From IMG/VR virus record IMGVR_UViG_3300020044_003577, positions 1 to 60,120 of that record: a stretch of 60,120 nt of DNA; one strand, 5' to 3'. The notes under the pieces were generated by a model, which was not told where the DNA came from, searched no databases, and saw only the letters and a program-made list of their open reading frames with translations. How positions within the stretch are numbered: position 1 is the first letter of the stretch; each line of letters opens with the position of its first letter. Both the position numbers and the translations under genes were made by a program. Below are positions 16,585-24,810 of this stretch, one piece after another. This DNA comes from a virus.

Positions 16585-17097
16585 ATGCCTAACTGGACAG
16601 CAAACAGCGTAATCATCACTGCAAATACTGATGAACAAAAAGCTAAAATCAAAGAGCTACATGATAGAATGTTTAATGGTGATGAAACCTTTTTAGATGG
16701 TTTGTTTGAATACTTCGTACCATCCTCTAAAGGTGATGACTGGTATCAATCTAACATTGATAACTGGGGTACTAAATGGGATGCCCATGATGTAACCCTT
16801 GAAGACAGTGATGAAGAAACATTCGTCCAACTAACCTTTGATACAGCATGGAGTCCTCCTGAAGCATTCTACGATAACATGACTAAACAAGGTTATACTA
16901 TCGAAGCTACATTCTGCGAACAAGGTTGTGACTTCATCGGTTACTATCGTGATGGTATGACTACATCAGAAGACTTCTTTGATGACTCATTTCCTGATAG
17001 TGATGCAGATGACTATTATGAAACCCATGATAAACGTATAGAAACATACTTTAAAGAAAATAACTTTACACACTGGCCACTACACTCAGGAGGTTAA
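16585..17097 (+). CDS. DUF1281/Api92-like ferredoxin-fold protein (candidate)
   Basis: MPNWT..VII....NWGTKWDA..V.....F.TAWSPP signature recalled for that family. GGAGA RBS. Confidence 0.45.
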   Translation: MPNWTANSVIITANTDEQKAKIKELHDRMFNGDETFLDGLFEYFVPSSKGDDWYQSNIDNWGTKWDAHDVTLEDSDEETFVQLTFDTAWSPPEAFYDNMTKQGYTIEATFCEQGCDFIGYYRDGMTTSEDFFDDSFPDSDADDYYETHDKRIETYFKENNFTHWPLHSGG

Positions 17098-17098
17098 T

Positions 17099-17362
17099 AT
17101 GCCATACATTCGTAGCATTGATAGAGATCGTTTAGACTATATTACTGATGCAATACTTAATACAGGTATTACATCTGCAGGTGAAATGAACTACCTGTTT
17201 ACAATCATTGCAAATGAATATCTTAATCGTAATGGTAAAAACTACCAATACATTAATGATATCGTAGGTGCTTTAGAAGGTGCTAAACAAGAATTCTATC
17301 GCCGAGTTGCTGCACCCTATGAAGATATTAAAATAACTGAAAATGGAGATGTATATTTATGA
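17099..17362 (+). CDS. conserved hypothetical protein (87 aa)
   Basis: Clean ORF; the ..GALEGAKQEFYRRVAAPYEDIKITENGDVY pattern is recalled from phage hypothetical proteins. Confidence 0.65.
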   Translation: MPYIRSIDRDRLDYITDAILNTGITSAGEMNYLFTIIANEYLNRNGKNYQYINDIVGALEGAKQEFYRRVAAPYEDIKITENGDVYL

Positions 17363-17826
17363 ACATTGATGATGATAAACAATTGTGGAAATCAAAAGAT
17401 CCACGAGATGATTCATTTAAATCAGACTTCTATGATGCATGGGCTAAAAAACAAATATGGCCTTTTCCTATTCCTGAAGAAAAAACATGGAATAACACTT
17501 TTGCAAAATCTTATAATAAAGAAATTGATTATGAGGCAGCTAAAGAAGAAGAATATACTCTAGATGAAAACTTCTTTATTCAATCAAGCATTGATGCAGT
17601 TATTAACCCTAAGCACTACAAAAATGTAGCTGCAGGTAAACAATATATGGAGTTAATGGTTGATATGCTTGATAATAAGTCAGGTGTAGAAGCACACTTG
17701 TTTGGTCAAATCTATAAATACCTCATGCGATGCGGTAATAAAGATGATGAAGTACAGGAGTTAGAAAAAGCTCTATGGTATTTGAATGCTCTTATTAAAT
17801 ACAAGAAAGAAGGTGTTGTACTATGA
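17359..17826 (+). CDS. DUF3310-like protein
   Basis: INPKHYKN....Y.ELM.....G..AHLFGQIYKYLMRCGNKDDEVQELEKALWYLNALI matches the DUF3310 pattern as I recall it. Confidence 0.55.
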   Translation: MNIDDDKQLWKSKDPRDDSFKSDFYDAWAKKQIWPFPIPEEKTWNNTFAKSYNKEIDYEAAKEEEYTLDENFFIQSSIDAVINPKHYKNVAAGKQYMELMVDMLDNKSGVEAHLFGQIYKYLMRCGNKDDEVQELEKALWYLNALIKYKKEGVVL

Positions 17827-18050
17827 AAGTAGAATTAGACCATGAAACCTTTTCAAGAGCAGTAGCTCAAGAACTTAAAGAACAATACCATTCTTTAAAA
17901 CGTGATATTGATAATAATAGACATGTAGGTTTATTTTCTCTTGATAAAGAAGAAGATCAAAAGCAAATGAAAGAATTTTTAAATGCTTTTGAAAAAGTAC
18001 ATAGCTTCTATTCGATTTATGGTATTAATGAATATCCACATGAAAGCTAG
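17823..18050 (+). CDS. hypothetical protein (75 aa)
   Basis: ATGA coupling. Confidence 0.6.
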   Translation: MKVELDHETFSRAVAQELKEQYHSLKRDIDNNRHVGLFSLDKEEDQKQMKEFLNAFEKVHSFYSIYGINEYPHES

Positions 18051-18225
18051 AAACAAAGTAGTCAGAGACAGTATTCGTAATCCTAAACGTAATGCTGGTA
18101 AACATAAAGATAAACGTGAAGATGTACTAAAACAGCTATCTCAACTTGAAGAAGAAATGGCTTTAGTACAATCAAGAATAAAACAATTTGAGGAGATGTA
18201 TAATGATAGTACAGAACGTAGATGA
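18040..18225 (+). CDS. hypothetical basic/coiled-coil protein (61 aa)
   Basis: Internal ATG of track ORF 17983..18225, overlapping the previous stop (MKARNKVVRDS..). Confidence 0.5.
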   Translation: MKARNKVVRDSIRNPKRNAGKHKDKREDVLKQLSQLEEEMALVQSRIKQFEEMYNDSTERR

Positions 18226-18361
18226 ACACGAAGATGGTAGCGCAACTTTAACTATGGAAATGACTAATGAAGAAATACGTACTTTAGTTGAGTATGCTAT
18301 TATAGACTTACTTAAAAAGTTTATTGCAGATACAGGAAAAAATAATCAGTGGACAGACTAA
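18203..18361 (+). CDS. possible 52-aa protein
   Basis: AGGAG RBS 7 nt upstream. Hand translation: MIVQNVDEHEDGSATLTMEMTNEEIRTLVEYAIIDLLKKFIADTGKNNQWTD. Confidence 0.45.
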   Translation: MIVQNVDEHEDGSATLTMEMTNEEIRTLVEYAIIDLLKKFIADTGKNNQWTD

Positions 18362-18519
18362 AAGAAATACGTACTTTCTTTGGTAAACTGTATGGTGACT
18401 ATGGCAGAAAAGAACTTAGAATGGTACAATCAAAAGCATATGAATGTACTAAATGCCGACAAATATTCTTAAACAAACAACAAGGAATACATCATGAGTG
18501 TATTGAATCCATATCGTAA
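18349..18519 (+). CDS. possible 56-aa Cys/His protein (GTG start)
   Basis: Hand-translated open frame ..YECTKCRQIFLNKQQGIHHECIESIS. The start is uncertain (GTG at 18349 or ATG at 18421). Confidence 0.3.
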   Translation: MDRLKEIRTFFGKLYGDYGRKELRMVQSKAYECTKCRQIFLNKQQGIHHECIESIS

Positions 18520-18670
18520 TAACTTATTTGCTTCTAGAGATACTATAGAAGAAGCATTAGACTATTGTACTATGGTAGCTAGTGGATGCGGTGAAAACCA
18601 TGGAGCAGTTCTTACAGCTATGATGGTATTAATAAATACTGTATGTAAATTAGAAGAAACAAGTGAGTAG
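18494..18670 (+). CDS. possible 58-aa protein
   Basis: ATG ORF MSVLNPYRNNLFASRDTIEEALDYCTMVASGCGENHGAVLTAMMVLINTVCKLEETSE, below the track cutoff. Confidence 0.45.
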   Translation: MSVLNPYRNNLFASRDTIEEALDYCTMVASGCGENHGAVLTAMMVLINTVCKLEETSE

Positions 18671-18806
18671 CTGGCTCATTGTAACAATAGGTTTTGTATA
18701 CCTCTATATATCAGTAGAACAACTATACAGAGGTAATACAGGAATGGCAATAACTTACTTTGGATATGCCCTCGGTAACGTGGGTTTATATATGTTAGCA
18801 AAATGA
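18663..18806 (+). CDS. possible 47-aa membrane protein (GTG start)
   Basis: Hydrophobic sequence (SWLIVTIGFVYLYI..MAITYFGYALGNVGLYMLA). It ends in an ATGA overlap with the next gene. Confidence 0.35.
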   Translation: MSSWLIVTIGFVYLYISVEQLYRGNTGMAITYFGYALGNVGLYMLAK

Positions 18807-19012
18807 ATATTGAAGAACAAAAAGCTTTTGTTAAATCTTACTCAAATAATATGGCTTATCTATCTGCAAATGAAGTTGCTGATTTTGTTGCTAAATATGA
18901 AACAGGTGAAGATATAGATTATTCAAGTGAACATACAAGCATTATGGACGCATTAGGTATGTGGCATGATGCTATCAAATGGAAACTAAATGAACTTAAT
19001 AAGAACAGTTAA
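18803..19012 (+). CDS. hypothetical protein (69 aa)
   Basis: Clean ORF. Confidence 0.6.
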   Translation: MNIEEQKAFVKSYSNNMAYLSANEVADFVAKYETGEDIDYSSEHTSIMDALGMWHDAIKWKLNELNKNS

Positions 19013-19595
19013 AAAGTTTGTAAGTGGCACTGATAAATACTTCGATATCTATGAATGTACTGTTGATGAGGTTGAGTCTTATACATCTGACTCAGGTAAA
19101 TCAATGATACGTGTAAAGATAAATGAAGTAGAATACTCAGGCTTGTATAACAAATGGGTGTATGAATATCTATGTGAGAACGAAGGAACACCTTCCTTTG
19201 TTGTCATGTGGAGAGCACCTAAGGGTAAGCCTATGTTAGCATACCTAAAAGAACTATGGACAAACCATATTGAAGGAGTAACAGATGGAGAAGTGTCCAG
19301 TGAATCTGACGCTTATAGCCCAAGCGGTGAGTCATTTTGTTATCTTTGGGTCAATAAAGACACAGACAGAAAGTATATCGGAAAGCACAAGGGAACAGCA
19401 GATGATGGATATGTCTGCAGTTCTGAGTCGATGCTTGCAGAATACAATGATTGTCCCTCACGCTTCATCAGGACGATCTTAGCATATGGTACTGATCAAG
19501 AGATGCATGAGTTAGAAACAATGCTATTGTTACAACTTAAAGCTTCTAAGTCAGAATTGTTTTATAACTTAAGTAACAATTTAAGGAAAGATTAA
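18990..19595 (+). CDS. protein with C-terminal GIY-YIG nuclease domain (201 aa)
   Basis: FCYLWVNKDTDRKYIGKHKG..(R)..E motif order of GIY-YIG in residues ~115-190. The N-terminal ~100 aa are unknown. Confidence 0.6.
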   Translation: MNLIRTVKKFVSGTDKYFDIYECTVDEVESYTSDSGKSMIRVKINEVEYSGLYNKWVYEYLCENEGTPSFVVMWRAPKGKPMLAYLKELWTNHIEGVTDGEVSSESDAYSPSGESFCYLWVNKDTDRKYIGKHKGTADDGYVCSSESMLAEYNDCPSRFIRTILAYGTDQEMHELETMLLLQLKASKSELFYNLSNNLRKD

Positions 19596-19596
19596 T

Positions 19597-19854
19597 ATGT
19601 CTACACAAGAATGGTGTAAAACTTACAATTATAATCAAACAATTAACAGTCGTAACTTTGAAATCTGTATTGATCTTGATGCTAAGTATGGATACTTTGA
19701 ACACAAACTATTAGGTGAAGATTGTGGTGGTGGTTTGTGGTTTGATGAATCCATGTTTCTGCAAGACTACGATGGTGTGTATGAATTACCAGGTGAAGTC
19801 ATCAGAGAGCTTAGTAGCCGCAGCTATATAAATGCTGAAGAGTTTCAACCTTAA
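19597..19854 (+). CDS. hypothetical protein (85 aa)
   Basis: Clean ORF starting 1 nt after the previous stop. Confidence 0.65.
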   Translation: MSTQEWCKTYNYNQTINSRNFEICIDLDAKYGYFEHKLLGEDCGGGLWFDESMFLQDYDGVYELPGEVIRELSSRSYINAEEFQP

Positions 19855-19855
19855 A

Positions 19856-19881
19856 CCGCAGTTGTCCCCTAATAGGAGTGA
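19856..19881 (+). promoter_or_regulatory. phage-RNAP promoter motif copy P4
   Basis: CCGCAGTTGTCCCCTAATAGGAGTGA, core at 19864-19875. The AGGAG inside it doubles as the RBS for the ATG at 19884. Confidence 0.6.
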
Positions 19882-19883
19882 AC

Positions 19884-20036
19884 ATGAAAAAGACAATCGT
19901 AACAGTTGTGTTTGAACTTAGAGATGAACTATCTAAAGATCAAACTTTAAATACAATAGACTGTCTTATTGACAGTGATGGTATGCTCAAAGGAGAAACT
20001 TATAACGTGGTAGATATTGATGTCATCGAAGAATAA
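19884..20036 (+). CDS. possible 50-aa protein
   Basis: First ORF after P4: MKKTIVTVVFELRDELSKDQTLNTIDCLIDSDGMLKGETYNVVDIDVIEE. Confidence 0.5.
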   Translation: MKKTIVTVVFELRDELSKDQTLNTIDCLIDSDGMLKGETYNVVDIDVIEE

Positions 20037-20295
20037 CCTTATAGCACGTATCACACAAGAAGAATGTGCTGAAGTAATACAAGCTATTTCTAAGGCATTA
20101 CGCTTTGGTGTAGACCATGTATCACCTGTTACAAACATAACAAACAAGGCTCATCTTGAAGAAGAAATGGGTCAATTAATTGCTATGATGCAGCTATTAG
20201 CTGATGAATGGAAATTAGAACGTGTTAATGTAACAGCAGCATATAAACAAAAACAAAAGAACTATGACTTATGGGATAAACAATATGCTCATTGA
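20020..20295 (+). CDS. MazG-like nucleotide pyrophosphohydrolase (small, all-alpha)
   Basis: ARITQEECAEVIQAISKALRFG ... EEEMGQLIAMMQLL fits the EExx(E/D) helix pattern of phage MazG-like proteins. ATG at 20020 (the track starts at TTG 20017). Confidence 0.5.
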   Translation: MSSKNNLIARITQEECAEVIQAISKALRFGVDHVSPVTNITNKAHLEEEMGQLIAMMQLLADEWKLERVNVTAAYKQKQKNYDLWDKQYAH

Positions 20296-20482
20296 AGATC
20301 ATGGTGACATAGTAAGTATTTTGTTTTTAGTTAAACCACCTAAAGACCATACTCAACTATGGCACTTAACAGAAGTATGTAAAAAACTACAGGAGCTAGT
20401 GATACAATATGAAGACTCAGAAAGATTGGGATCAGTTTTATCTGAAGATAGCACAGTTAGTAGCCCAGCAAAGCTATGCTAA
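20285..20482 (+). CDS. possible 65-aa protein
   Basis: ATG overlapping the MazG-like stop. It fills the 113-nt gap but runs 74 nt into the dCMP deaminase gene. Confidence 0.35.
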   Translation: MLIEDHGDIVSILFLVKPPKDHTQLWHLTEVCKKLQELVIQYEDSERLGSVLSEDSTVSSPAKLC

Positions 20483-20876
20483 AGACCGTAAAGTAGGTGC
20501 TGTTATCGTTAAGAATGATAACATTATCTCTTTCTCTTATAATGGAACACCACGAGGATGGGATAATGAAACTCAAACAGATGATGGACAAACTAAATCA
20601 ATGGTACTACACGCTGAAGCTCAGGCTATTGCTAAGTTGGCTCGATCAACCTTATCTAGTGATGGCGCTACTCTCTACTGTACCCTTAGTCCTTGTATTG
20701 ATTGTGCAAAGCTTATTAGTGAAGTTGGTATTAAACGGTTAGTCTATATTGATGAATATAAATGTACTGAAGGTATTGATTTTCTAAAAGCTAATAATGT
20801 ATTAGTCAATGAAGAATACTCAACAACAAAATTAGCCTCTAAAGAATGGTTGGCTAGAACAGGACTATTATGGTAG
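20409..20876 (+). CDS. dCMP deaminase
   Basis: W..FYL..A.LVA..S....KVGAVIV, HAEAQAI and PCIDCAKLI zinc-binding motifs at canonical spacing. Confidence 0.85.
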   Translation: MKTQKDWDQFYLKIAQLVAQQSYAKDRKVGAVIVKNDNIISFSYNGTPRGWDNETQTDDGQTKSMVLHAEAQAIAKLARSTLSSDGATLYCTLSPCIDCAKLISEVGIKRLVYIDEYKCTEGIDFLKANNVLVNEEYSTTKLASKEWLARTGLLW

Positions 20877-21055
20877 ATATTTATTTGTTAGTAGCACTTG
20901 TATTATTCCTTGGTGTATATAACTGGAGATTAATAACTCAAGTTAATGATCAAGAAGAACAAATAGAAATGGCTAATGACTTAATTTTAACTATGGCAGA
21001 AGAACTACAAAGTTTAGGTTCACCTAATGTTAAGGTAGTTGAACGTGAAAAATAA
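20870..21055 (+). CDS. small membrane protein (61 aa)
   Basis: N-terminal TM segment IYLLVALVLFLGVYNW. Confidence 0.55.
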   Translation: MVDIYLLVALVLFLGVYNWRLITQVNDQEEQIEMANDLILTMAEELQSLGSPNVKVVEREK

Positions 21056-21521
21056 ACTATTTCCTGGTATTACAGTAGAAGTACTATGCTTACCTGACTG
21101 TGATAGAGAAATAGGTAAATTATTCTTTGATTGTTTAGAAGACTATGTTGAAAGGTTTAATAGACCAATACAATACTCTAGTTTTAAAATACAAATCTGT
21201 GCAATAGAATATCCTATTGGCGCAGAGATGGGTATCACTATGTTTAATGAACAAGATGATCGTATACTTATACAAGTAAAAGATCCATTTGTTTCTGAAT
21301 GTGAGTATAGTGATTGGGCTATGGAGAAATTCATTTGTGTACTATGCCACGAGATCGTTCATGCCTGTCAACATTTAACAGGTAGTACTGGTATTAAGAT
21401 TCCAAAGTATAAGAATGATATGGACAGTATACATGATGAATATTTCTTTGATCCTATTGAAATAGAAGCAAGAATCTTAGAGTCAGTTTATGCTACCTAT
21501 TATGGACAAATTTTATTATGA
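21039..21521 (+). CDS. putative zinc metallopeptidase-like protein (HExxH)
   Basis: 160 aa with CVLCHEIVHACQHLTG (HExxH). Non-ATG start. It sits directly upstream of, and is coupled to, the DNA polymerase gene. Confidence 0.45.
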   Translation: MNVKNKLFPGITVEVLCLPDCDREIGKLFFDCLEDYVERFNRPIQYSSFKIQICAIEYPIGAEMGITMFNEQDDRILIQVKDPFVSECEYSDWAMEKFICVLCHEIVHACQHLTGSTGIKIPKYKNDMDSIHDEYFFDPIEIEARILESVYATYYGQILL

Positions 21522-23377
21522 AAAAACTAAGGCTATGTGTAGACATAGAAACAAACGACCTGATGCCTAAAGTAGATACCATATGGTGTCTAGTAGCGGT
21601 TGATTCAGATACAGGTACTGTGTATTCTTTTTCGGACTATGATAATGAACTACCCTCACTTAAAGAAGGTCTTGATTTCATCAGCACTGCTGATATTTTA
21701 TTCGGTCATAATTTTATTGGTTATGACCTTGTTGTGCTTAAACATTTACTGGGATGGAGTCCACCTGATACAGTAAAGTTAGTAGACACTTGGATACTAT
21801 CTATGCTTAACCAATACAAACGAGATCACAAACATGGTCTTGAAGGTTGGGGTTCTAAATTAGGTTTTCCTAAACTAGAATTTAATGAATTCAATAAGTA
21901 TAGTAAAGAAATGCTTACATATTGTATTCGAGATGTAGAACTTAATGTTAAGGTATACAAGGTACTTGTAGAAGAAGCTACTAAAATTATATCTAAACAT
22001 CCTACATATAAAACAGGTATTGAAGTTGAAATGGAGTTTGCTACTATTGAATCTGAAATCCAATACAAAGGATGGATGTTTGATATGGCGGGTGCTCAGA
22101 CTCTGTTAACTAAAATCAATAATAAGCTTGAAGCTATTGAAGCAGTACTTGAGCCTAAGATTGGTATGCGATGCTTAAAAGTAGATAAAGCAGATGAATA
22201 CAAAGAACCTGCTTGGCGAAAAGATGGATGCTATACAGTAGCAACTGTTAAACACTTTGGACTTACTCAAGAGTCAGGACGAGAAGATAGACCTATTGCT
22301 GGTCCATATTGTCGTATTGCTTTTGAGCAAGGTAAGATTGGTAGTATTGAAGTAGTAAAAGACTGGTTGTATAGTCTTGGATGGGAACCAGATGAATGGA
22401 ACGTTGAAAGAATTAATGGAAAGTTTGTTAATAAAAGTCCTAAGATTACCGAGTCATCTCTTGAACGGCTTGGCCCTGATGCTATGTTGGTTAGTGAATA
22501 CTATACAATCAGATCAAGAAAAGGTATCTTGGAAGGCTGGATTGAAGCTGTTAAAGGATCCCGTGATAATCGTCTTCACGGTCGTATGTGGACTATTGGC
22601 ACTCCAACTTTCCGTTGTCGCCATGAGCTTGTGGCTAATTTGCCTAGTGTGGATTCGGTATACGGAAAAGAGATGCGAAGCCTTCTCATATGCGAACCTG
22701 GAACATCCATTGTTGGAGCTGATTCTGCTGGTAACCAGATGCGGGGTCTATGTCATTACATTAACAATGATTCCTTTACTAATGAAGTAATCAATGGTGA
22801 TGTGCATACAAAGAATGCTGAGATTCTTAGCACAGTATATCCATGCTCTCGTAAGACAGCTAAACCTTGGCTATATGCTTATCTCTTTGGAGCAGGTGCA
22901 GGTAAATCTGGTTTAATCCTTACAGGTAAACGTGATGCTGCTATCGGTAAAGCTTCTCAAGATAAGTTTGAAACAGCTATTCCAGGATTAAAAGAACTTA
23001 AAGATAATCTTAATAGTATGTTTGAAAGAACATCAGGTACATTTGGTAAAGAGAAAGCTTTTATCCGTGGTATTGATGGTAGACTAATCTTTGTTAGCTC
23101 TGGTCATCAAGTATTAAACTATCTGCTTCAGACAGCTGAAGGTGTTACATGTAAGGCAGCTATTGTTTATCTTAAACGTAAACTAATTGAACGTGGTATA
23201 CACTTTTACTTTGCTATTCATTATCATGATGAATTAGCTGTGGTAGTTAAAGATGAATACGCTGAAGAAGTAAAAGAGTTAGCCATTGAAGCATTCACTG
23301 AAGCACCTAAATGGTTTGGAGTTAATTGTATGGGTGGTGACGCTCACATTGGAAAAACATATGCAGAAGTACATTAA
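21518..23377 (+). CDS. DNA polymerase, family A (with 3'-5' exonuclease domain)
   Basis: ExoI DIETNDL; motif A GADSAGNQMRGL; motif B RKTAKPWLYAYLFGAG; motif C HYHDELAVVV. Confidence 0.9.
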   Translation: MKKLRLCVDIETNDLMPKVDTIWCLVAVDSDTGTVYSFSDYDNELPSLKEGLDFISTADILFGHNFIGYDLVVLKHLLGWSPPDTVKLVDTWILSMLNQYKRDHKHGLEGWGSKLGFPKLEFNEFNKYSKEMLTYCIRDVELNVKVYKVLVEEATKIISKHPTYKTGIEVEMEFATIESEIQYKGWMFDMAGAQTLLTKINNKLEAIEAVLEPKIGMRCLKVDKADEYKEPAWRKDGCYTVATVKHFGLTQESGREDRPIAGPYCRIAFEQGKIGSIEVVKDWLYSLGWEPDEWNVERINGKFVNKSPKITESSLERLGPDAMLVSEYYTIRSRKGILEGWIEAVKGSRDNRLHGRMWTIGTPTFRCRHELVANLPSVDSVYGKEMRSLLICEPGTSIVGADSAGNQMRGLCHYINNDSFTNEVINGDVHTKNAEILSTVYPCSRKTAKPWLYAYLFGAGAGKSGLILTGKRDAAIGKASQDKFETAIPGLKELKDNLNSMFERTSGTFGKEKAFIRGIDGRLIFVSSGHQVLNYLLQTAEGVTCKAAIVYLKRKLIERGIHFYFAIHYHDELAVVVKDEYAEEVKELAIEAFTEAPKWFGVNCMGGDAHIGKTYAEVH

Positions 23378-23522
23378 ACATAGTATTGGAATAACATACA
23401 TAACATTATTATCACCATTTATTTTATTAGGGTTTATCCTTAATGAAATAATAGATGCTATTAAAGGTGGTATTCAGCTATCTGATTACGTAGGTAATTT
23501 AATTGCTAGGTGGATGGAATGA
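23361..23522 (+). CDS. possible small membrane protein (53 aa)
   Basis: Internal ATG of track ORF 23286..23522. TM segment ITYITLLSPFILLGFILNEII. ATGA coupling to the exonuclease gene. Confidence 0.4.
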   Translation: MQKYIKHSIGITYITLLSPFILLGFILNEIIDAIKGGIQLSDYVGNLIARWME

Positions 23523-24358
23523 ATGATATTGAATTTGATTTAGCAATTATAGATGCAGACAGTATCATGTATCAAATTGCTTTTGTTGAACCCTCTCCTG
23601 CTAAATGCAAGAAGGGTCTTGACAATAAACTAAAAGAAATTATGGAGAACACTAACGCCTCTAATGGTGTTGTGTTCATTAAAGGTAGTAACAACTTTAG
23701 GTATGAGGTTGATATTGCTTATAAGGGTAATCGTAAAGATACTATTGAACCAGAAGTAAAAGATCGTATTGAAATGCTATATGAATACGCTAAAGACTTT
23801 TGTGTATTAAGCGATAAAGGTGAGGCAGATGATCTCTGTGGTATCACTGCCCGTAAAGCTCTTGATGAAGGTAAACTATATATTGTATCTCACATAGACA
23901 AAGATCTTAATGCTATCACAGGATGGCATCATAACTTTAGGACAGGTGAGATATACCATATGGATGACTCACAGGCTTATCGTTTCTTGATGACTCAAAT
24001 CCTTACAGGAGATGCTACAGATAACATCCAAGGGTTACGTGGAGTAGGAACTAAGACAGCTGAAAAGCTTATTAAAGACACTCCCAATAACCTCTTGTGG
24101 GATAAGGTTATCGAGCTGTGGAAAGCAAAACAGGGAGACCTGTGGTATAATAACTTTTTGAAATGTGCTAACTGCATTTACATCAGGGAGTTTGAGGAAG
24201 ATCTCAGACCACTAACTTTTGAAGAGATAAAAGAAAGATTATTATGGACTACGGACATTGGCATCCTCTCACAGACAGACCAGAAGGAGCCTTTGGATTT
24301 ATCTACTATGTCGAAAACCTCCAGTCAGGAAGACGATACATTGGAAGAAAGCAATTAA
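23519..24358 (+). CDS. 5'-3' exonuclease / flap endonuclease (T7 gp6-like)
   Basis: PIN-like acidic motifs IIDADSIMYQ, GEADD and SHIDKDL, plus H3TH GDATDNIQGLRGVGTKTAEKLI. ATG at 23519 in an ATGA overlap. Confidence 0.85.
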   Translation: MNDIEFDLAIIDADSIMYQIAFVEPSPAKCKKGLDNKLKEIMENTNASNGVVFIKGSNNFRYEVDIAYKGNRKDTIEPEVKDRIEMLYEYAKDFCVLSDKGEADDLCGITARKALDEGKLYIVSHIDKDLNAITGWHHNFRTGEIYHMDDSQAYRFLMTQILTGDATDNIQGLRGVGTKTAEKLIKDTPNNLLWDKVIELWKAKQGDLWYNNFLKCANCIYIREFEEDLRPLTFEEIKERLLWTTDIGILSQTDQKEPLDLSTMSKTSSQEDDTLEESN

Positions 24359-24660
24359 TCAGTGAATCAAAACGACTACTACCAGGAGCTAAACGAAGAA
24401 CCATCACTCGAAAAGAAAGTGATTGGAGAGATTATAAATCCTCGTGCAGAGAACTCTTGGATGATATTGACTACTACGGACTTGATTCATTTACTTTTGT
24501 TATCTACGAATGGGTATTCGGAAAAGGAATGCTTACGTATCGGGAAGTCCAAGAGCAGTGGGAATGTGAAGTCCTTTCGAGAGTTGAAACACCTGATGGA
24601 GAACGCCTCTATTACAATGGGAATATTGGGGCAGTAAAATTTCTTAAACCAAAGCTATGA
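24244..24660 (+). CDS. free-standing GIY-YIG endonuclease (138 aa)
   Basis: GFIYYVENLQSGRRYIGRKQ at residues 17-36. It overlaps the last 115 nt of the exonuclease gene in another frame. Confidence 0.7.
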   Translation: MDYGHWHPLTDRPEGAFGFIYYVENLQSGRRYIGRKQLISESKRLLPGAKRRTITRKESDWRDYKSSCRELLDDIDYYGLDSFTFVIYEWVFGKGMLTYREVQEQWECEVLSRVETPDGERLYYNGNIGAVKFLKPKL

Positions 24661-24809
24661 AAAATAAAAAACCTGAACCTTTAAAAGAATATATTAGTCT
24701 TAAGGATGAATTTAAAAATCAATTCCAAAAGAAAAAGTCTACTCAACAAGAGGCTAGACAGCGTAGAAAAGAAATTAGAGATATGAAGGAACAAAGGGAG
24801 TGGAATTAA
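24657..24809 (+). CDS. possible basic 50-aa protein
   Basis: ATGA coupling: MKNKKPEPLKEYISLKDEFKNQFQKKKSTQQEARQRRKEIRDMKEQREWN. Confidence 0.4.
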   Translation: MKNKKPEPLKEYISLKDEFKNQFQKKKSTQQEARQRRKEIRDMKEQREWN

Positions 24810-24810
24810 T

